Counted from the first letter of the stretch, positions 23,502 to 37,900 are shown. The stretch: DNA of 64,000 nucleotides from Macrostomum lignano (GCA_002269645.1 NIVC01000545.1:1-64000), one strand, 5' to 3'. Notes: generated from the letters alone by a model not told the origin. Numbers and translations are program-made.

Positions 23502-24954
23502 CCGAGCTCAAGACCCCAAAACCCACCGCACCAGGTGGCCTTCAGACCCCAGGGAAGATGACAGGTGCGGTCATAAATCTTGCGCAAAACATAATAAAAG
23601 TCGCTTGTCTAGACATCCTGGCGCCAAAAGTGACAGCAAAACACCCATAAATTAAAAGAGAAAGTAACAGAGCGAGTGGGGAGATAGCTGGAAAGACCTC
23701 TTTGACCCAGACAGGCTGGAGCCAAAAGTGACAGCTAGACCGCCATAAATCACTGAAAACAGTGAAAAAGCCGCAAATCTGGGGGTCAGAATGGGGTTGA
23801 AACCATTCCTCCCAGACTTAGCGCACCCATCTAGACTGCTAGAGGTCAATCTGTCTCAAACCCAGACAGTCTGACCTTCAAAGATGCGTAAACAATCCAA
23901 AATTAGAATCCTAAGAGAAGTACATTGAGTATTTATCATAATTAATAGTGTGATGGCATAAATTAGTGAAGAACTTAGCCTGGATGAGAGAATGGAGAGA
24001 GATTCCTAAGCTAGCCTACTGACAGTAGGGGAAAGGCGCATCGAAGCGAAATGTGCGGTTTTAAGATTGCAAAAAGATGCGTCCTCATCAGAAGCAGAAA
24101 AAAGATGAAAAAAGTTTATTTTTAAGCGCAAATTTCAAGCTTTCCGGTCTTTTTAAGCTCGTAAAAGATAATTTAAACAAATCTTTGCGTGTATAATTTT
24201 TTCGCTGTAAATAGTATCGCCAAAAAGCATAAAAAGCAACCAAACTACCTGGTAATAAGGGTCTATTACGCAATTTAAAAAAGGTATTTTATTTTCACAA
24301 CGTAAAAAAAGGTCATTTATTGTCGCAACACCGGCGTATTTTTAAGAATGGGCATGCAATTCATTGTTTTCGGCGTGCATTCGTAATTATTTAATTTTTT
24401 CGGGCGTGCACCCAGCATAATATTATATATAGGATAAAACAAGTAATGAAGTCATAAATGATTAAATCAGTTCTGTAAGTAGCAACATGCAGATTTGAGA
24501 GAAAGGGTCCAGTTTGATATTTGCTATATTGCCCATCTGAGCACTGGCTACCATGCATGTAATTAAAAGACTAGGTAGATGGCTACTCTGCACACAATTA
24601 AAATACTAGGTGGCTGGGTTTTTTTTGTGCCAAATTTCAAGTTGCGATTTTAAGGCTCAGAGTGCAATTTCTCTTGAGTCTTGTTTCAGACAACTGGGAA
24701 TGTATATTTTAATATCTTACATAAGGCTATAGCCATAGGCTATATCGCCTATATGACTTAATAGGATTTAAAGAGTTATTTTGTTTCATATTTTAAGTCA
24801 GTGCATGAAAAATAGCTTAAGCATGGTTAAGCCTTTAAAGAAAAATGGTTATAAGACTGCACCTAAACTGCACCTACTTTTTTAATTTCAGGGTGCAATT
24901 TTAAAATTTAGGGTGCATATGCACACTCTGCGCACAAAAAACCCTGCCAAGCCT

Positions 24955-25212
24955 TATGGACGAAGACACCACCAACCCAATTTGTAGAATCAGGGATAGT
25001 GCTAAGACCAAGTCCACCCAAGCTACCACCCAGCAGACAAGTCTTAGGAGTGCGCAAAAAAATTGGAAAATGTTTGGGTTACTACTAAAAAGTGGTCCAA
25101 GAGTGGAAAGACCCCGAAGTCTATAGAAATGGCTTAATTTTGGAGTGAGTCTGAAAGGCTTGTTTCTAAGGGCAAGTCTCCTATCAGGCTACCAGAAAAC
25201 CTATAGGGCTGC
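24955..25212. repeat. Diverged copy of the interspersed repeat also at 28143-28365
   Basis: Shared blocks gaatcaggga..gtgctaagacc.agtccacccaagc.accacccagcagacaagtc.taggagtgcgc and gaaatggcttaattttggag.gagtctg.aaggcttgtttc. Confidence 0.8.
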
Positions 25213-25564
25213 AAGCCACAAGGGTGTCACCTATCTAGCTCTATATTAGAGGCTAGACCAAGGGGTCAGGAAGGGGCACAAGGAGCAAAAAGACTTAGAC
25301 TTGGCCAGTATCCTTGATTCAAGACAAACATCAATCCTAGGACTCAAATCCACTATCAGGATGAGAGCCAAGACACTAGGGCAAGGAGACAGCCAGAAAA
25401 GCTAGCAGGTAGACCAAGGAGAGCAAGATAGACTAGGCAGGGAAGGCAGAGCTCGAAATTCTAATGTTGGAATAGCAAACTAGGCCTAATGGCCAGCTAA
25501 AAACACAAAGGACTAAAACTAAGATGCCAGCCCAGATAAAAACACAGATATGTTTTTAAACAGA

Positions 25565-26372
25565 TGTTGACAAATGTTTTGGTGACAAATAGTCATTTTG
25601 GTAACAAGTTGCTTTTATTATAGACACACTTCATTTTTGACAAAAAAATAAGAATTTATAAGTATACTCATTTGGGTGATAGGAGGTGCTTCAGAATATT
25701 AGCTTGTAGCTTTTTTGTTAAGATTTATGTTTTGTTCAAATTTGAATTTTTTTGTCAAATACTGTATTTATCCATGGAAATCCATGGAAAATGAATGTAC
25801 TAAAGAAACTAGAAATGTGAAAAATCACCTCAACATACACAGAGAAAGAGAACTTAGCCAAAAGCTAGAGAATCAGCAACATATTAAATTCTACAAAAAT
25901 GCCTATTTCTATAAAAAAATCTGCAGGCCTAACCTTTCAGATTACTTTCCATGCATATTTAGAAACAAAAAATTCCTAACAACCCTCCTAAAACTAAAAT
26001 GTGAGATTACATCTAACATTTTCTCAAGAAGCATGTAGACTATGTGGAGCGAGAAATGGTTCCAATATCCTATACTACTTGACCAAATGTCCACAAACTC
26101 AAAGGATTTGGATTAGAAAACATATAAATTAAAAAAAGTGCAATTCTGTAAGTATAAATAAACAAAATTAAATAAATCAATACTTAACCATTGCCAAAAT
26201 TATTGAAAAGAGGTTAAGGTTCAATATCCTTTAAGATTTTCAAAGTAATTTTCTGTTAAAAATAAAATGGCAATATTAGAAAAAGGTATTTCTCTTGTCA
26301 CTGAAATGACTTTTGCTTATCACCAAAATGACTATCACCAAAATGTCTTGTCACTGAAATGACTGTAATCCG
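25565..26372. mobile_element. Possible decayed foldback/MITE with inverted GTCATTTTGGTGACAA-like motifs
   Basis: The motif occurs twice at 25575-25608 and its reverse complement four times at 26294-26365; true termini were not identified. Confidence 0.35.
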
Positions 26373-27854
26373 CTCATCTTATTAGATCTAGACTAGACTA
26401 TGCCCTAGCCTATCTATAGGCCTAGCTTAGCCTAATTTAAAAACTTTTAAAAAATTTAATGTTTTAATTGAGCAAATAAAATTGAAAAAACTTAATCAAT
26501 GATTATCATTTGATAGATCTATCATAAATGAAAAAAAAACATATATATTTTTTCAAAAATAAGGGTAGAAATCTAAATAATAAATAAATTAAAAAAAACT
26601 AGGCCTAGTGTTCCGCCATAGCTATGGCTATGGCTAGGAGATCCTAGACCTATGGCAAATATAGTAAAATAGGTGCCTATGGCAATTATAGATATGCTTA
26701 TAGTAGATAGTTGCTCTTATGGCTACAACTATAGAAATATGGTAGTTGATATCAGTATCATATTCCATAGATTCCCATAGCTAGTAGCCATAGTTATTAA
26801 TTAAAAAAAAAATAAAATTAATTTTACCTAGAAACATGTAGAGTAAAGCATAGATACTTAGGTTAACTGTATTATAGACTTAGAAGCATATAGATTATAC
26901 CTAATAAAGTACAATAAAGCATTAGCAAACTAACTTTTATTACTGTGAAAAAGTTTAGCATTAGTACTATCAGTAGTGATTAAGTATTGTTGTTCTTTGT
27001 AAAAAGATAAAATATAATCTTACAAAGGAAATCAAGTGTTTGTTTTATTTTCTACCTTATGTGCAGTTGTTTAAGCACTAGGTTATCCTCCTGATTCAAA
27101 ATATTTTGTTTCTTAGACTTTTTGTTAAAACTATGGCTATGGCTATGGGAACCATGGGAATATGATAATATTAAGGTCCTTATGGCTATGGAATATAGAG
27201 AATTAAAATCTAGAGAATTAGAGAATATAGAGAATTAAAGTGCCTCTTTTGTGCATCTTGCTTACCTTATATGCTATGGTGCTTCTCGAAGGTAATTTTG
27301 TACTAAAAATGCCCAGAGAAACCATGATACCTATTTTTAAAGACACACTTAAAGGAAGGTTTTTTCATCACTGATTGAAATCAGGGTGCCTGTCTTCATT
27401 TTCATTATTATCTAGAGTGCATTATGTGATAATGACTATAATGGCTTTTGCTTTTGTAGAAAAATATTTACTTTATTTGTCTAAATGAATTTTTTTTTAT
27501 TTGTCTTGTTTATTTTTGCTTGTTATGCCCATGCAGGTGCATAAATTTTCCAATGGGATGCAAGAGCAAAGCATTATTTGTTGGAAAAAGGCTCTTTAAA
27601 TACAATTGTGACAATTTTGTGAAAAATAAATTTGCACTGACAGTAAAGTTCAGGTTGCATATGTATGTATTGTATTTTAATCACATAAGCTTGCTGTTTA
27701 TTGTTTGTCTTGGAAAACTCAGACCATAGATGTGTCTATGCTTGTAAATATGAAAAGATGACAATAATGATTAGAATAAAATGTAATGAAATAAAAGTTG
27801 ATAAAATCCTATTCACTTCAAATTCCTGCTACATCAACTGCATCAAACTAATTA

Positions 27855-30800
27855 ATGAGAAAAATGAAAATCAGCAAAATCTCACTGGGAAAGAACATTC
27901 GAGTGAAGACTCACTATGATGTTGGATATTTGTGCCGGTTTTCTTTTCTGGCTTTTCAAGTCTGTCTGGGACCATTGGTGGTTGGTAAGTTGTTGTTGTT
28001 AAACGGGGGTGGGACGCCGGGAGCTACCCGCGGATCAGCCCTAAGAGGGGCTCTGCCGCTGAGGGGCACTACCAGGGGCATATGGCCTGAGATACCCCGA
28101 GATTGGACCCTGACGTCTGGGCCAGGGGAATCTGCCAACCCAAACCTATGGACTAAGAAACCGCCAACCCAAAAGTGGAATCAGGGACGGTGCTAAGACC
28201 GAGTCCACCCAAGCCACCACCCAGCAGACAAGTCCTAGGAGTGCGCGAAAAAGAATTGTAAAAAACTTAGAATACTACTGGAAGCGGTCCGAGAGCGGGG
28301 AAACCCTGAAGTCTCGGAAATGGCTTAATTTTGGAGCGAGTCTGGAAGGCTTGTTTCCGAGGGCTTGTTTTCTGGCTTTTCAAGTCTTTCTGGAACCATT
28401 GGTGGTTGGTAAGTCATTCCATGAACCAATGGGAATCTAGAAGATGGAATGTCATTTCTGCGAGATACATTTGTGCATTGTTTTCATTTTCGTGCTACTT
28501 ATTCAGTGCAATGAGTTTTTAGTGTTAACAACTAATTTTAGACACTACTGCTACTACTCTTCAATATCAGTAGGCGATCTCTACTTTTTTCGTCACTCGA
28601 ATCGCCTTGCCAGGTCACGTGATTGGTTTCTCCTCGCCCGCCCTGCCGGACTTGAAGCGCCAAGGCGCCATCCGCACGGCCTCCCAGGAGGCGCTGTTCG
28701 CCTCACTGATGAACATCGGCGGAATCATCGGCAGCGTGTTCGTTGGCGGCCTACTGGACCGTCTGGGCCGCCGCTGGTGCCTGTTCGTCAGCGTGCTGCC
28801 AGCCCTGCTCGGCTACATCTTCATCGGTGCTTCGCGCGGCTCCGTGCACGCCCTGCTGTTCGGCCGGGTGCTGACCGGCCTGACCTGCGGCTTGAACGCT
28901 GCCGCTACCAGTATCTATCTGGTTGAGATTTCGCCAACAAGTTTTCGCGGCGTTCTTGGCGCGTTTAACCAGTTGGGGATTACGATCGGGATTTTCCTGT
29001 CCTACCTGGCCGGGGCATTCTGGTCCTACTCTGCCCTGGCCTGGCTGGGCTGCTGCCTGGCCGCCGGCCTGACTCTGTGCACCGGCCTGCCGTCCTTTCC
29101 GGAGTCGCCTCGATTCCTCATGCAGCGGCGGGACATCCAGACTGCGGCCAAAGTGCTGGCCTATCTGCGGCCTTCGCACTACGATGTGCAGGTTAGTTAG
29201 CAGTGCATTGTGTGTTCGTACTTCTTAGAAAGATGTACGATCTCTCTAATACCAAATATACATGTACCATAAATCAACTGACACAATCCAACAGCCCAAT
29301 TATAGATCTGTGTATTTTTTATTCCCCAGATGAAGGTGAAAAATCCAACAAAACGACTTTTAAATTAAGGAATCCCATCTAAAGAATCACCATCTGACAA
29401 TGACAAGAATCACTATCTGACATATAGAATCACTATCTGACATTAGAATAACCATCTGACATATAGAATCACCATCTGACATATAGAATAACCATCTGAC
29501 ATATAGAATCACCATCTGACATAGAGAATCACCATCTGACATAGAGAATCACCATCTGACATAGAGAATCACCATCTGACATATAGAATAACCATGTGAC
29601 ATATAGAATCACCATCTGACATAGAGAATCACCATCTGACATAGAATCACCATCTGACATAGAATCACCATCTGACATAGAATAACCATCTGACATAGAA
29701 AATCACCATCTGACAATGACAAGAATCACCATCTGACATATAGAATCACCATCTGACATATAGAATCACCATCTGACATATAGAATCACCATCTGACATA
29801 TAGAATCACCATCTGACATAAAGAATAACCATCTGACATATAGAATCACCATCTGACATAGAATAACCATCTGACAATGACAAGAATCACCATCTGACAT
29901 ATAGAATAACCATCTGACATAGAGAATCACCATCTGACATAGAATCACCATCTGACATATAGAATAACCATCTGACATAGAGAATCACCATCTGACATAG
30001 AATCACTATCTGACATAGAATCACTATCTGACATAGAATAACCATCTGACATAGAATCACCATCTGACATAGAATCACCATCTGACATAGAATAACCATC
30101 TGACATAGAAAATCACCATCTGACAATGACAAGAATCACCATCTGACATATAGAATAACCATCTGACATATAGAATAACCATCTGACATATAGAATCACC
30201 ATCTGACATATAGAATCACCATCTGACATAGAATAACCATCTGACAATGACAAGAATCACCATCTGACATATAGAATAACCATCTGACATATAGAATAAC
30301 CATCTGACATAGAGAATCACCATCTGACATATAGAATAACCATCTGACATAGAGAATCACCATCTGACATATAGAATAACCATCTGACATAGAGAATCAC
30401 CATCTGACATATAGAATAACCATTTGACATATAGAATAACCATCTGACATCCCTTTCAATCAGGACGAGCTACGCGACATCTCCGCGTGCTCTGACGACG
30501 CCCTGCTGCCCATGACTGCGCCTCCGACTGCCGGATCCGCTGACTTGGCCGGCGACCCCTCAGCCGCTGGCGCAGCTTCTTCGTCATCAGATTCGGCAGC
30601 CTCCGCCGCAGCGGCCGGAAACCGTCGCTCTGAAGCGTCCGCCGACGTGTCCCTGCGCGAGCTGTACACCCGGCCGGAGTTCAGCCGGCCCCTGGTGGTG
30701 GCCCTTGGCCTCATGGCGCTGCAGCAGCTGTCAGGCATCAATGTCATCATGTTCTACGCGCAGGACATTCTAGGCAAGACTGGCGCCGTGTCCTCGCCTG

Positions 30801-31923
30801 CTCTCGGCGCCTGTCTTATTGGGGCTACGCAGGTGAGACATTTACCTCTCCAATGCAGAGCAGCTCTCTGCTGTGTACCACATTCGCCACTTCCCGCTCA
30901 ATCCCCTCGCTCGTCTTTGTTTTCCACCCATTCGCTTTTTAGCCCTTTCCAACCCCCCTTCACCTCCTCTCCGCCCCCTTCACCTCTTCTCCACCCCTTC
31001 TCCACCTCCACTCCTTCCCCACCTCTCCGCCCCTTCGCCTCCTTCCCGCCCCTTCACCGTCTCTCCACCCTCTACCCTTCTCCACCCCTTTACCACCTCC
31101 GCCCTCTACCTCTCCTCTCCACCCCGTTCACCTCTCCGCCCTCTACCCCTCCTCTCCGCCCCCTTCACCACCTCTCCACAGTCCACCCCTTCAACGCTTC
31201 TCCGCCCCCTTCACCTCCGCTCCATGCACCCTCTTTACCTCCCATCTGCCCCTTCACTCCGCTGTCCCTTGCATCTCCTCTCCGCCCTTTCTCTCTGGGC
31301 GGAGAGAATCTTTGCTTATTTAGCTTCCTTTCTCCACCCCTTTATCACCTGTAGCTCCTATTGTTAATGTGCTTTCGCTGCACTTTTAGTTCCAAGTCAG
31401 TAGTTCTGACTCTCAGAACAGCTGCATCATGCAAGCCCACTTTCAGGTTGCCTTCACCATCTTGGCTGCCTGCCTGATGGACAAGTTCGGTCGCCGCCAG
31501 CTGCTGCTGCTAGCCAGCCTCATCATGATGCTGGCCCAGCTTACGCTCGGCATCTTCTTTGCCGCCAATTCAACCCGCGGCTACGTTGCCGTGGTCTCCC
31601 TGGTCCTGTTCATCATCGGCTTCAGCCTGGGCTGGGGCCCTGTACCGATGCTCGTCACTGCAGAGATCTTCCCTACCCGAGCTCGGAGCGTTGCCAACGG
31701 CCTGGCCATCTGCAGCAGCTGGCTATTCAGCTTCCTCATCACTGAGACTTTCCCTGCCCTGCAGCTGCATCTTGGCACTGGCAATATCTTCTTCCTGTTC
31801 TCGGCCATGTGCTTGGCCGGACTGTACTTTGTGTGGCGCTACGTGCCCGAGACCAAGGGCAAGTCGTTGGAGGATCTCGAATTGCACTTTATTGGCACGC
31901 GGAGCAGCCTGCGATCGCTGTAG
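27855..31923 (+). CDS. Facilitated sugar/trehalose transporter, Tret1/SLC2A8(GLUT8)-like MFS, ~517 aa
   Basis: Exons 27855-27984, 28614-29191, 30464-30832 and 31447-31923 are in phase. Motifs LGPLVVGHVIGFSSPAL, DRLGRR, YLVEISP, PESPRFL, QQLSGINVIMFYA, DKFGRR, GWGPVP, AEIFP, VPETKGKSLEDLE. The exact start codon is uncertain. Confidence 0.9.
27991..28367 (-). mobile_element. 377-bp insertion (probable truncated non-LTR retroposon) flanked by a 47-bp direct duplication
   Basis: Direct repeats 27944-27990 and 28368-28414 (2 mismatches); (tgt)n at the left end, i.e. an (aac)n tail on the minus strand; a related copy lies at 24955-25212. Orientation is inferred. Confidence 0.6.
29385..30450. repeat. 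Intronic minisatellite, 18-20-bp unit (atatagaatcaccatctgac), ~50 copies
   Basis: Direct reading. Confidence 0.95.
30900..31330. repeat. Intronic pyrimidine-rich low-complexity tract
   Basis: C/T-dominated cctctccgccccttc-like motifs. Confidence 0.85.
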
Positions 31924-32121
31924 GGGAACTGCTGGAGACCATGCTTTGCTTGAATACGGTTGCACTGGACTCGTTTAACTGTCTTCATATTTTCAGTCTG
32001 GGCTCACTGTTCGTTACTCTGTCTAGGCCCACTTTGAGTATGCAGGGCCTGCCGATGAAATCTGGAGTTTCTAGACTTACAGTCTTAACAACCTTTAGAG
32101 TCTCTGGGCTTGCCCTTAAAG

Positions 32122-33130
32122 TCTATAAGCTCACCCTTAGAGTCTCTATAAGTTCACCCTTACAGTCTCTATAAGCTCACCCTTAGAGTCTCTATAAGCT
32201 CACCCTTAGAGTCTCTATAAGCTCACCCTTAGAGTCTCTATAAGCTCACCCTTAGAGTCTCTATAAGCTCACCCTTAGAGTCACTATAAGCTCACCCTTA
32301 GAGTCTCTATAAGCTCTCTCTTAGAGTCTATAAGCTCACCCTTAAAAATCTCTATAAGCTCACCCTTAGAGTCACTATAAGCTCACCCTTAGAGTCTCTA
32401 TAAGCTCTCTCTTAGAGTCACTATAAGCTCACCCTTAGAGTCTCTATAAGCTCACCCTTAAAAATCTCTATAAGCTGACCCTTACAGTCTCTATAAGCTC
32501 ACCCTTAGAGTCTCTATAAGCTCACCCTTAGAGTCACTATAAGCTCACCCTTAGAGTCTCTATAAGCTCTCTCTTAGAGTCACTATAAGCTCACCCTTAA
32601 AAATCTCTATAAGCTCACCCTTAGAGTCACTATAAGCTCACCCTTAGAGTCTCTATAAGCTCACCCTTAGAGTCTATAAGCTCACCCTTAGAGTCACTAT
32701 AAGCTCACCCTTAGAGTCACTATAAGCTCACCCTTAGAGTCTCTATAAGCTCACCCTTAGAGTCACTATAAGCTCACCCTTAGAGTCACTATAAGCTCAC
32801 CCTTAGAGTCTCTATAAGCTCTCTCTTAGAGTCTATAAGCTCACCCTTAAAAATCTCTATAAGCTCACCCTTAGAGTCACTATAAGCTCACCCTTAGAGT
32901 CTCTATAAACTCACCCTTAGAGTCTCTATAAGCTCTCTCTTAGAGTCTATAAGCTCACCCTTAAAAATCTCTATAAGCTCACCCTTAGAGTCACTATAAG
33001 CTCACCCTTAGAGTCTCTATAAACTCACCCTTAGAGTCTCTATAAGCTCTCTCTTAGAGTCTATAAGCTCACCCTTAAAAATCTCTATAAGCTGACCCTT
33101 ACAGTCTCTATAAGCTCACCCTTAGAGTCT
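32122..33130. repeat. Intergenic 23-bp minisatellite (tataagctcacccttagagtctc), ~44 copies
   Basis: Direct reading; variant units recur in blocks. Confidence 0.95.
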
Positions 33131-33859
33131 AAACCTTTTTAAAGTCGATCTAGGCCATTCTGTCGCGTCTCAAGGCCTCCTTAGAGCTTTTCTTGGTGTC
33201 TATAGGCTCCATTTGAGTCCGGGAGAGTCTACTTCAAAGCCTACTCCATATTTACTTTGCACTTTTTACTTCACTAAAGTACAACTGATCGCAGCAGCCA
33301 AGTGTTTATTGTCATTAATCAGACTATACTTAATATCAATAATTTGGTATTTGTGAATCATTTGCTTATATATCAGTTTGTATATTCTTGCTTGTTAATT
33401 GTTTCCGAGGCTGTGCCCAGATGTTCCATTGACTGCAACGATTGATCAGTTCGTTTCTGTGTTTTTTTGCTACAAGTGATCGACTCAGTGTGACATAATC
33501 CAGTTTAGTTACTATATTATGTTGAATTCAATATAAACTGTCTGTGGAGTCTGTGTTCGATCAAAACCACTTAAATCCCTTATATTCATATTTTTCGTTT
33601 CAATATTGTAAATTGTCTGCTTTGGTTTTAGATTTTTGTTATTATTCTTTTATCTTATGGTCTTACGCCGATGTTTGTTGTATAATAAAAATTTCAAATA
33701 TTAGTTTTGTTATAGTTTGCGTTGCATATGAAACGCTCGGCTCGCAATCCTCACAAGATTGCTTTGAGGTGTTTATTCGCGTTTGTTGTTCAATATCTCG
33801 AAAACGTAGCTTTAGCAGTCTTATTATTCGAGGTGCTTATTCAAATTTTTAATTAAACA

Positions 33860-33943
33860 TTAGTAGTAGTAGTAGTAGTAAAAGTAGTTGTAGTAGTAGT
33901 AGTTGTAGTAGTAGTAGTTGTAGTAGTAGTAGTAAAAGTAGTT

Positions 33944-33979
<36 letters not shown>

Positions 33980-34024
33980 AAAGTAGTTGTAGTAGTAGTT
34001 GTGGTAGTAGTAGTAAAAGTAGTT

Positions 34025-34056
<32 letters not shown>

Positions 34057-34195
34057 TGTAGTAGTAGTTGTAGTAGTAGTAGTTGTAGTAGTAGTAGTAA
34101 AAGTAGTTGTAGTAGTAGTTGTAGTAGTAGTAGTAGTAGTAGTAGTAGTAAAAGTAGTTGTAGTAGTAGTAGTAAAAGTAGTTGTAGTAGTAGTT

Positions 34196-34231
<36 letters not shown>

Positions 34232-34408
34232 AAAGTAGTTGTAGTAGTAGTTGTGGTAGTAGTAGTAAAAGTAGTTGTAGTAGTAGTAGTAAAAGTAGTT
34301 GTAGTAGTAGTAAAAGTAGTTGTAGTAGTAGTAGTAAAAGTAGTTGTAGTAGTAGTTGTAGTAGTAGTAGTAGTAGTAGTAGTAGTAAAAGTAGTTGTAG
34401 TAGTAGTT

Positions 34409-34453
<45 letters not shown>

Positions 34454-34531
34454 AAAGTAGTTGTAGTAGTAGTTGTGGTAGTAGTAGTAAAAGTAGTTGT
34501 AGTAGTAGTAAAAGTAGTTGTAGTAGTAGTT

Positions 34532-34564
<33 letters not shown>

Positions 34565-34718
34565 AAAGTAGTTGTAGTAGTAGTTGTGGTAGTAGTAGTA
34601 AAAGTAAAAGTAGTAGTAGTAGTAGTTGTAGTAGTAGTAGTAAAAGTAGTTGTAGTAGTAAAAGTAGTAGTAGTAGTAGTTGTAGTAGTAGTAGTAAAAG
34701 TAGTTGTAGTAGTAGTAT
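33860..34718. repeat. ~860-bp interrupted (AGT)n microsatellite
   Basis: (agt)n with recurring aaaagtagttgt interruptions. Confidence 0.97.
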
Positions 34719-34942
34719 TAATACAGTAGGGCAAGGGACGTATTTGTAAGTCAACTGTTTTTCGATCACATACCTACCTAGATAAATACCGACAGTCGAC
34801 AGACCATTTTTAGTATATAGGAAGTCAACTTTAGTTATGTAGACTAGATGATAGATAGACTAGACCGACAAACCATTTTAGAGTGGGTGCATATCTTTAC
34901 CTGTAGCATATACCTGTCCTCTCATGCCACCAACTGCCACAG

Positions 34943-37900
34943 ATGTGGACGTCGCAGAAGTCTCTCAACAGTCTGGTTCACTCGGTGATTGCCGAGGGAC
35001 GGACCGACCGCGCCTACGAATTCGATGCCGAGCTCAAGAAGGCCAGGCCGAACTTTCACGCCCTGTTGAAAAATCCGGTGAGAATTTCCTCAGCTTTTTG
35101 TTCACTTTCATTGCTGCTCTGACACCTTTTCTGTCCGCTTTTTGGCTGTCCGTCTAGTCTCAGATTTTCTGAACTGTCAGTTCACTATGTCAGACTGTCA
35201 GCTCATTCTGTCATACTGTCAGCTCATTCTGTCAGACTGTCAGCTCATTCTGTCATACTGTCAGCTCATTCTGTCAGACTGTCAGCTCATTCTGTCATAC
35301 TGTCAGCTCATTCTGTCAGACTGTCAGTTCACTATGTCAGACTGTCAGTTCATTCTGTCAGACTGTCTGTTCACTATGTCAGACTGTCAGTTCATTCTGT
35401 CAGACTGTCTGTTCACTATGTCAGACTGTCAGTTCATTCTGTCAGACTGTCTGTTCACTATGTCAGACTGTCGGCTCATTCTGTCAGACTGTCAGTTCAC
35501 TATGTCAGACTGTCAGCTCATTCTGTTAGACTGTCAGCTCATTCTGTCAGACTGTCAACTCATTCTGTCAGACTGTCAGTTCACTATGTCAGACTGTCAG
35601 CTCATTCTGTTAGACTGTCAGCTCATTCTGTCAGACTGTCAACTCATTCTGTCAGACTGTCAACTCATTCTGTCAGGCTGTCAGCTCATTCTGTCAGACT
35701 ATCAGTTCATTCTGACCGGCACCCCACCCGAACCCGCAGCCGAAAACCGCCGCGGACCGCGAGCTGGTCCGCAAAGCCGCCAACCAGCCAATCACGGTGC
35801 GCCTCATTCAGCAGAAAATCTGCCTATCAGACGATTTTATTGAGGAGGCCATCATTGTCAGCGACCTTTTTGAGCTGAATGAAATGGCCGCCGTGGAACT
35901 TCTGCTAACCGGTATGAATCAGGCTTTACTTTAGTCGGTGTGCAAATTAAATCCTAAAATTATCACTTTAGAAAATCTCCCCTCAGCAGCCTTGCAGCAG
36001 AAAATTCTCACTCAAAATCTTATTCCTGCTGCATTCATTCTCAGCCGAAGGCCAGCAGCCGTCCTACCCGGACCTGACCCGCGGCCTGGTGGCGGTGCTG
36101 CTCTACTATGATCAGCAGCGCTGCATTGTGGACACCCTGCGCTGCCTTATTGAAGCTCGCGAAGGTCGCCGCTGGACAGTGGACAGCGTCACGGCCAGCC
36201 CGGAGGTCGCCAAGACCATCAACGACGTCACCGCCAGTCTGTGGCGCGACGGCCTACTTGGCGCCATCCTTGACCTGCTGCCCGCGGCCAACGAGCGCCT
36301 GGCCGCAGCTAAACTGGAGGAGCAGCGCGCCCTCGGCAACGCCAGGCATCGGCGCCAGTTTGGCGCCCTGCAAAGCCAAGTGCGGCACTGCCTGGCCGAT
36401 TGCGTCTTTCTGTGGGCCTGCCAGACTCCGCTGGGCGTCGAGGATCTGCTGGCCGTGATGCGGTTCCTGCAGCGGGACTTGCCGCCTGCCCCAGCTGCTA
36501 TTGACAGGTGAGACAGGTGGCTGGGACAGACTAGCGAGGAGGGAGAGTGAGGCTAGAGATTGTGCATGTGCGATAGGTGAGGAGATAGAGGGAGAGTAAG
36601 GAGAAGGGGTTAGATTTGCTGGGAGGGGGATTAGTGTTGTTGGCGCGGATGAAAGTTGCCTGAGAGAGGGGTGAGAGTTGCCTGGGAGAGGAGTGGGAGT
36701 TTTCTGGGAGAGGGTGAGAGTTGCCTAGGAGAGAGGAGTGGGAGTTTTCTGGCAGAGGGGTGAGAGTTGCAGGGGAAGAGCGAGAATTGCCTGGGAGAGA
36801 GGTGAGAGTTGCAGGGAAAAGGGTGAGAATTGCCTGGGTGAGAGGTGAGAGTTGTAGAGAAGAGCGGTTCGAGATTTGCAGACGGTGAGAGCACTGGGCA
36901 GAGGCAGTACTTTTGTGAGGGTGAGAGATGTACAGTGGTGAGCACTTCTTGTCTCAAAGCCACTGCTTGGCAATGCTCGCCCCGCAGGTGCCACGCATCG
37001 CTAATCCTGGCCGTGCTGACTTCATTCGACTGCTCCGGTCCGGACGGCGAAGAGCCGGACGAGTCGCATCCGCTGTTGGCGCCCGCCGACTCTTCGGGTG
37101 GTCCCGGGTTCGCGGCCGCAATCCACCAAGCGGTAAGACGCGGCCCTCGCTGGCAGAACCCGGCCGCCCAGGGCCTGATCCGGTTCGCCTGGGGCGTGGC
37201 GCTGCGCCGGGCTCAGCAGACCGGCTTGGCGGGGCCCGCCGCCTACTCATTCTCCGCGCCATCTTCAGGCGCCGATGCCAGCGCTGCCGATGCCGACGAC
37301 GACGATGGCGAACTGTCCGCGGAGGTTGGCATCGCCGATGGCGCGTTCGCGGCGCTGGGCAGCTTGCTGGCGCCGGCTGGCGAAGCTAGCGGCGGCGCTG
37401 GTGCCGGCGCCTGGTGCCGCGGCAACGAATGGGCGCTGCGCTGCCTGCACAACCTGCTGACTGACTATGTGTGCCTGATGCCTATGCAGGTGAGACTGGC
37501 TGGGGCTGTGGTGAGACTAGATGGTGTTTGGGTGAGACCGGATAGAGATTGGGCATTGGGGTGAGACTGGATAGGGAGTGGGGTAAGACTGGATGAGGAT
37601 TGGAGTGAGAATAGATAGGGATTAGGGACTAGGGTAAAACTGGATAGGGAGTAGGGTAAGACTGGATAGGGAGTGGGGTGAGACTGGATAGGGAGTGGGG
37701 TGAGACTGGATAGGGATTGGGGTGAAACTGGATTGGGATTGAAGTGAGAATAGATATGGACTGGGGTGAGACTAGATGAGGATTGGAGTGAGAATAGATA
37801 GGGACTGGGGTAAGACTGTATGAGGATTGGAGTGAGAATAGATAGGGAGTAGGGACTAGGGTAAGACTGGATAGGGAGTGGGGTGAAACTGGATTGGGAG

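Noticed and set aside
33849-34769. Long poly-Leu, poly-Thr and poly-Val ORFs
   Set aside because: These are translations of an (AGT)n microsatellite with no coding context.
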